Translations under genes and position numbers: made by a program
Shown: positions 62,290 through 64,000 of the stretch, piece after piece
Position numbering within the stretch: the first letter of the stretch is position 1
Layout: each line of letters begins with the position of its first letter
The notes under the pieces: model-generated
Seen by the model: only the letters and a program-made list of their open reading frames with translations
What the model was told of the DNA's origin: nothing
Database searches by the model: none
Origin: an uncultured Pelagibacteraceae bacterium
GTDB lineage: Bacteria; Pseudomonadota; Alphaproteobacteria; Pelagibacterales; Pelagibacteraceae
Length of the DNA: 64,000 nucleotides
Reading direction: 5' to 3'
Assembly (NCBI GenBank): GCA_902539145.1
Contig: CACBHX010000001.1
Location: 413 to 64,412 of the forward strand

Positions 62290-62513
62290 CTTGCTATATC
62301 AGGATATTTACTTTTTTTAATATAATCATCTATATAAATCTTGTACTCATCTAGAGACATTAATGTAATATCTTCTGATTTTTTAATTATTTTAGCCAAT
62401 TTTTTTTGTTCTTTAACTTTTTTTTTGTTGTGTTGATTCCAATAAGCAGAATCATTACTAAAAGAACATGATGAGAAGATTATTAAAATTAAAATTAGAT
62501 TTATTTTTTTCAT
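62286..62513 (-). CDS. Small lipoprotein, unknown function
   Basis: MKK + hydrophobic stretch + FSSC lipobox; overlaps argC and hom by 4 nt. Confidence 0.75.
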   Translation of the reverse strand: MKKINLILILIIFSSCSFSNDSAYWNQHNKKKVKEQKKLAKIIKKSEDITLMSLDEYKIYIDDYIKKSKYPDIAR

Positions 62514-63532
62514 ATAAGTCCAGTTTTTAAAGGAAATCCAAATTTTAAATTCATGTTTTGTATACCTTGACCAGATCCACCCTTGATAAGATTATCTATT
62601 GTTGAAAGAATAATTAACTTATTTTTATTTTTCGTCTTACATACTGATATAAAACATTTGTTAGTATTTATTACATCATTAGTACTTATTAAAGTATCAT
62701 TTTTTAGAATTTTGATAAAAATATCGTTCTTATAATAATTTGCTAAAACTTTTTTAATTTTGTTTTGGGAAACATTTTTGTTGACCTCTACATAAATTGT
62801 ACTCAAAATTCCTCTAAACATTGGTGTTAGATGTGGAGTGAAATTAAACTCAATTTTTTTGTTTGAATATTCTTTTAAAGTTTGCTCTATTTCTGAATTG
62901 TGTCTGTGGAACCCAACTCCATAAGCACTAATTGACTCATATAAATTTTGATCTTTATATTTTTTGTGAACTCCTCTACCTGCGCCTGAATATCCTGATT
63001 TAGAGTCAATAATAATGTTGTTTAATCGAATCATTTTTTTCTGAACTAATGGAATTAAGGGTAATAGAATTGAAGTTGGGTAACATCCAGGACAAGCAAT
63101 TATATTAAATTTTTTAACTTCTTGTTTTGAAATTTCTGGTAATGAGTATATGCTTTTTTTAATATTCTTAGTTGATTTATGTTTCTTTTTATACCACTTA
63201 AAATAATCAGAAGCATTTTTTAGTCTAAAATCGGCAGCTAAATCAATTAACACATTATTTTTTTTTAAATAATTTGAAATTACCTGAGCTTCACCATTGG
63301 GAAGTGCTGTAAAAATTATGTCAATTTCATTAAGATATCTTTTATTAAATTTTACAATTTTTGGTAATTTTTTATTAATTAAAGATTTATCAAAATATGA
63401 AATCTTTTTTCCAACGGAGGAACTTCCACAAAGATATTTAATTTTTACATATCTATGTTTGACTAACAATTTAATTAATTGAATACCGATATATCCAGTC
63501 GATCCAGAAATTAATACATTAAGCTTAGGCAT
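62510..63532 (-). CDS. argC: N-acetyl-gamma-glutamyl-phosphate reductase
   Basis: GSTGYIG, DLAADFRL, PGCYPT, SGYSGAG, DNLIKG. Confidence 0.96.
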   Translation of the reverse strand: MPKLNVLISGSTGYIGIQLIKLLVKHRYVKIKYLCGSSSVGKKISYFDKSLINKKLPKIVKFNKRYLNEIDIIFTALPNGEAQVISNYLKKNNVLIDLAADFRLKNASDYFKWYKKKHKSTKNIKKSIYSLPEISKQEVKKFNIIACPGCYPTSILLPLIPLVQKKMIRLNNIIIDSKSGYSGAGRGVHKKYKDQNLYESISAYGVGFHRHNSEIEQTLKEYSNKKIEFNFTPHLTPMFRGILSTIYVEVNKNVSQNKIKKVLANYYKNDIFIKILKNDTLISTNDVINTNKCFISVCKTKNKNKLIILSTIDNLIKGGSGQGIQNMNLKFGFPLKTGLI

Positions 63533-63565
63533 TTTTTATTATAACAGTTAATTATTAAAAGAAAA

Positions 63566-64000
63566 TTATCTTTTAGAAAACTGGAAACTTCTTCTCGCTT
63601 TTTTTCTTCCAGGTTTTTTTCTTTCAACAGCACGAGAATCGCGAGTGGTTAATTTTTCAGTTCTAAGTGATGTTTTAAAATTTTCATCAAATAAAACCAA
63701 AGCTTTAGAAATTCCATGAACCATTGCTCCAGCTTGACCCGTTGGTCCTCCACCCTTTACATTGCATCTAACGTCAAAATCAGTAGATTGTTTAATCAAT
63801 TCAAAAGGTTTTGTTATTTGCATTTTATGATTATCACTTGAAAAATATTCACTATAAAGTTTTCCATTAACATAAATTTTACCAGAACCTTTTTTAAGCC
63901 AAACTTTTGCAATTGAAGTTTTTCTTCTACCAGTGGCATATTTGCTATCTTTAAAATCTAATTTTAACTTTATCTTTTTTTGATTTTGTTGAGTACTTTC
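63566..64000 (-). CDS. rpsI: 30S ribosomal protein S9 (5' end beyond window)
   Basis: Frame open to nt 64000 including YATGRRKTS; GGGPTGQ, RKKPG...QFSKR. Confidence 0.97.
   Translation of the reverse strand, partial: ESTQQNQKKIKLKLDFKDSKYATGRRKTSIAKVWLKKGSGKIYVNGKLYSEYFSSDNHKMQITKPFELIKQSTDFDVRCNVKGGGPTGQAGAMVHGISKALVLFDENFKTSLRTEKLTTRDSRAVERKKPGRKKARRSFQFSKR

Overview
AT-rich, densely packed alphaproteobacterial chromosome segment whose gene content and order are typical of SAR11/Pelagibacterales (inference). Left to right: a phosphate-scavenging and polyphosphate block (pstC-pstA-pstB-phoU-phoB, antisense sixA, ppk1-ppx); an ArsR-less arsenic cluster (arsC, MIP channel, NUDIX); znuABC-zur; a long housekeeping run (xth, erpA, dgt, argS, nagZ, scpAB, tatABC, serS, yajC-secDF, sodB, uvrA, ssb, gyrA, coaD, cyclophilin, tgt, recG, sdhE, rarD, mltB, rlpA-like, dac, tmk, holB, metG, tatD, nhaA, sbmA-like, glpX) with four tRNAs (Lys, Ser, Pro, Glu); glycosyltransferases; and minus-strand hom, argC, rpsI. 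The most unusual part is 57.0-59.2 kb, where gene orientation converges. It holds an intact Cre-like tyrosine recombinase with a 14-7-14 inverted-repeat site 3 bp from its start codon, an unannotated divergent 57-aa membrane ORF, a ~185-nt GC-rich structured RNA (GNRA hairpins, loop-loop pseudoknot, terminator) abutting a minimal ogt, and a 466-bp non-coding spacer with phased A/T tracts. A second candidate is a Pho-box-driven two-hairpin sRNA and a Lys-rich small protein just downstream of ppk-ppx. All calls are by eye from motifs and context; no searches were run.
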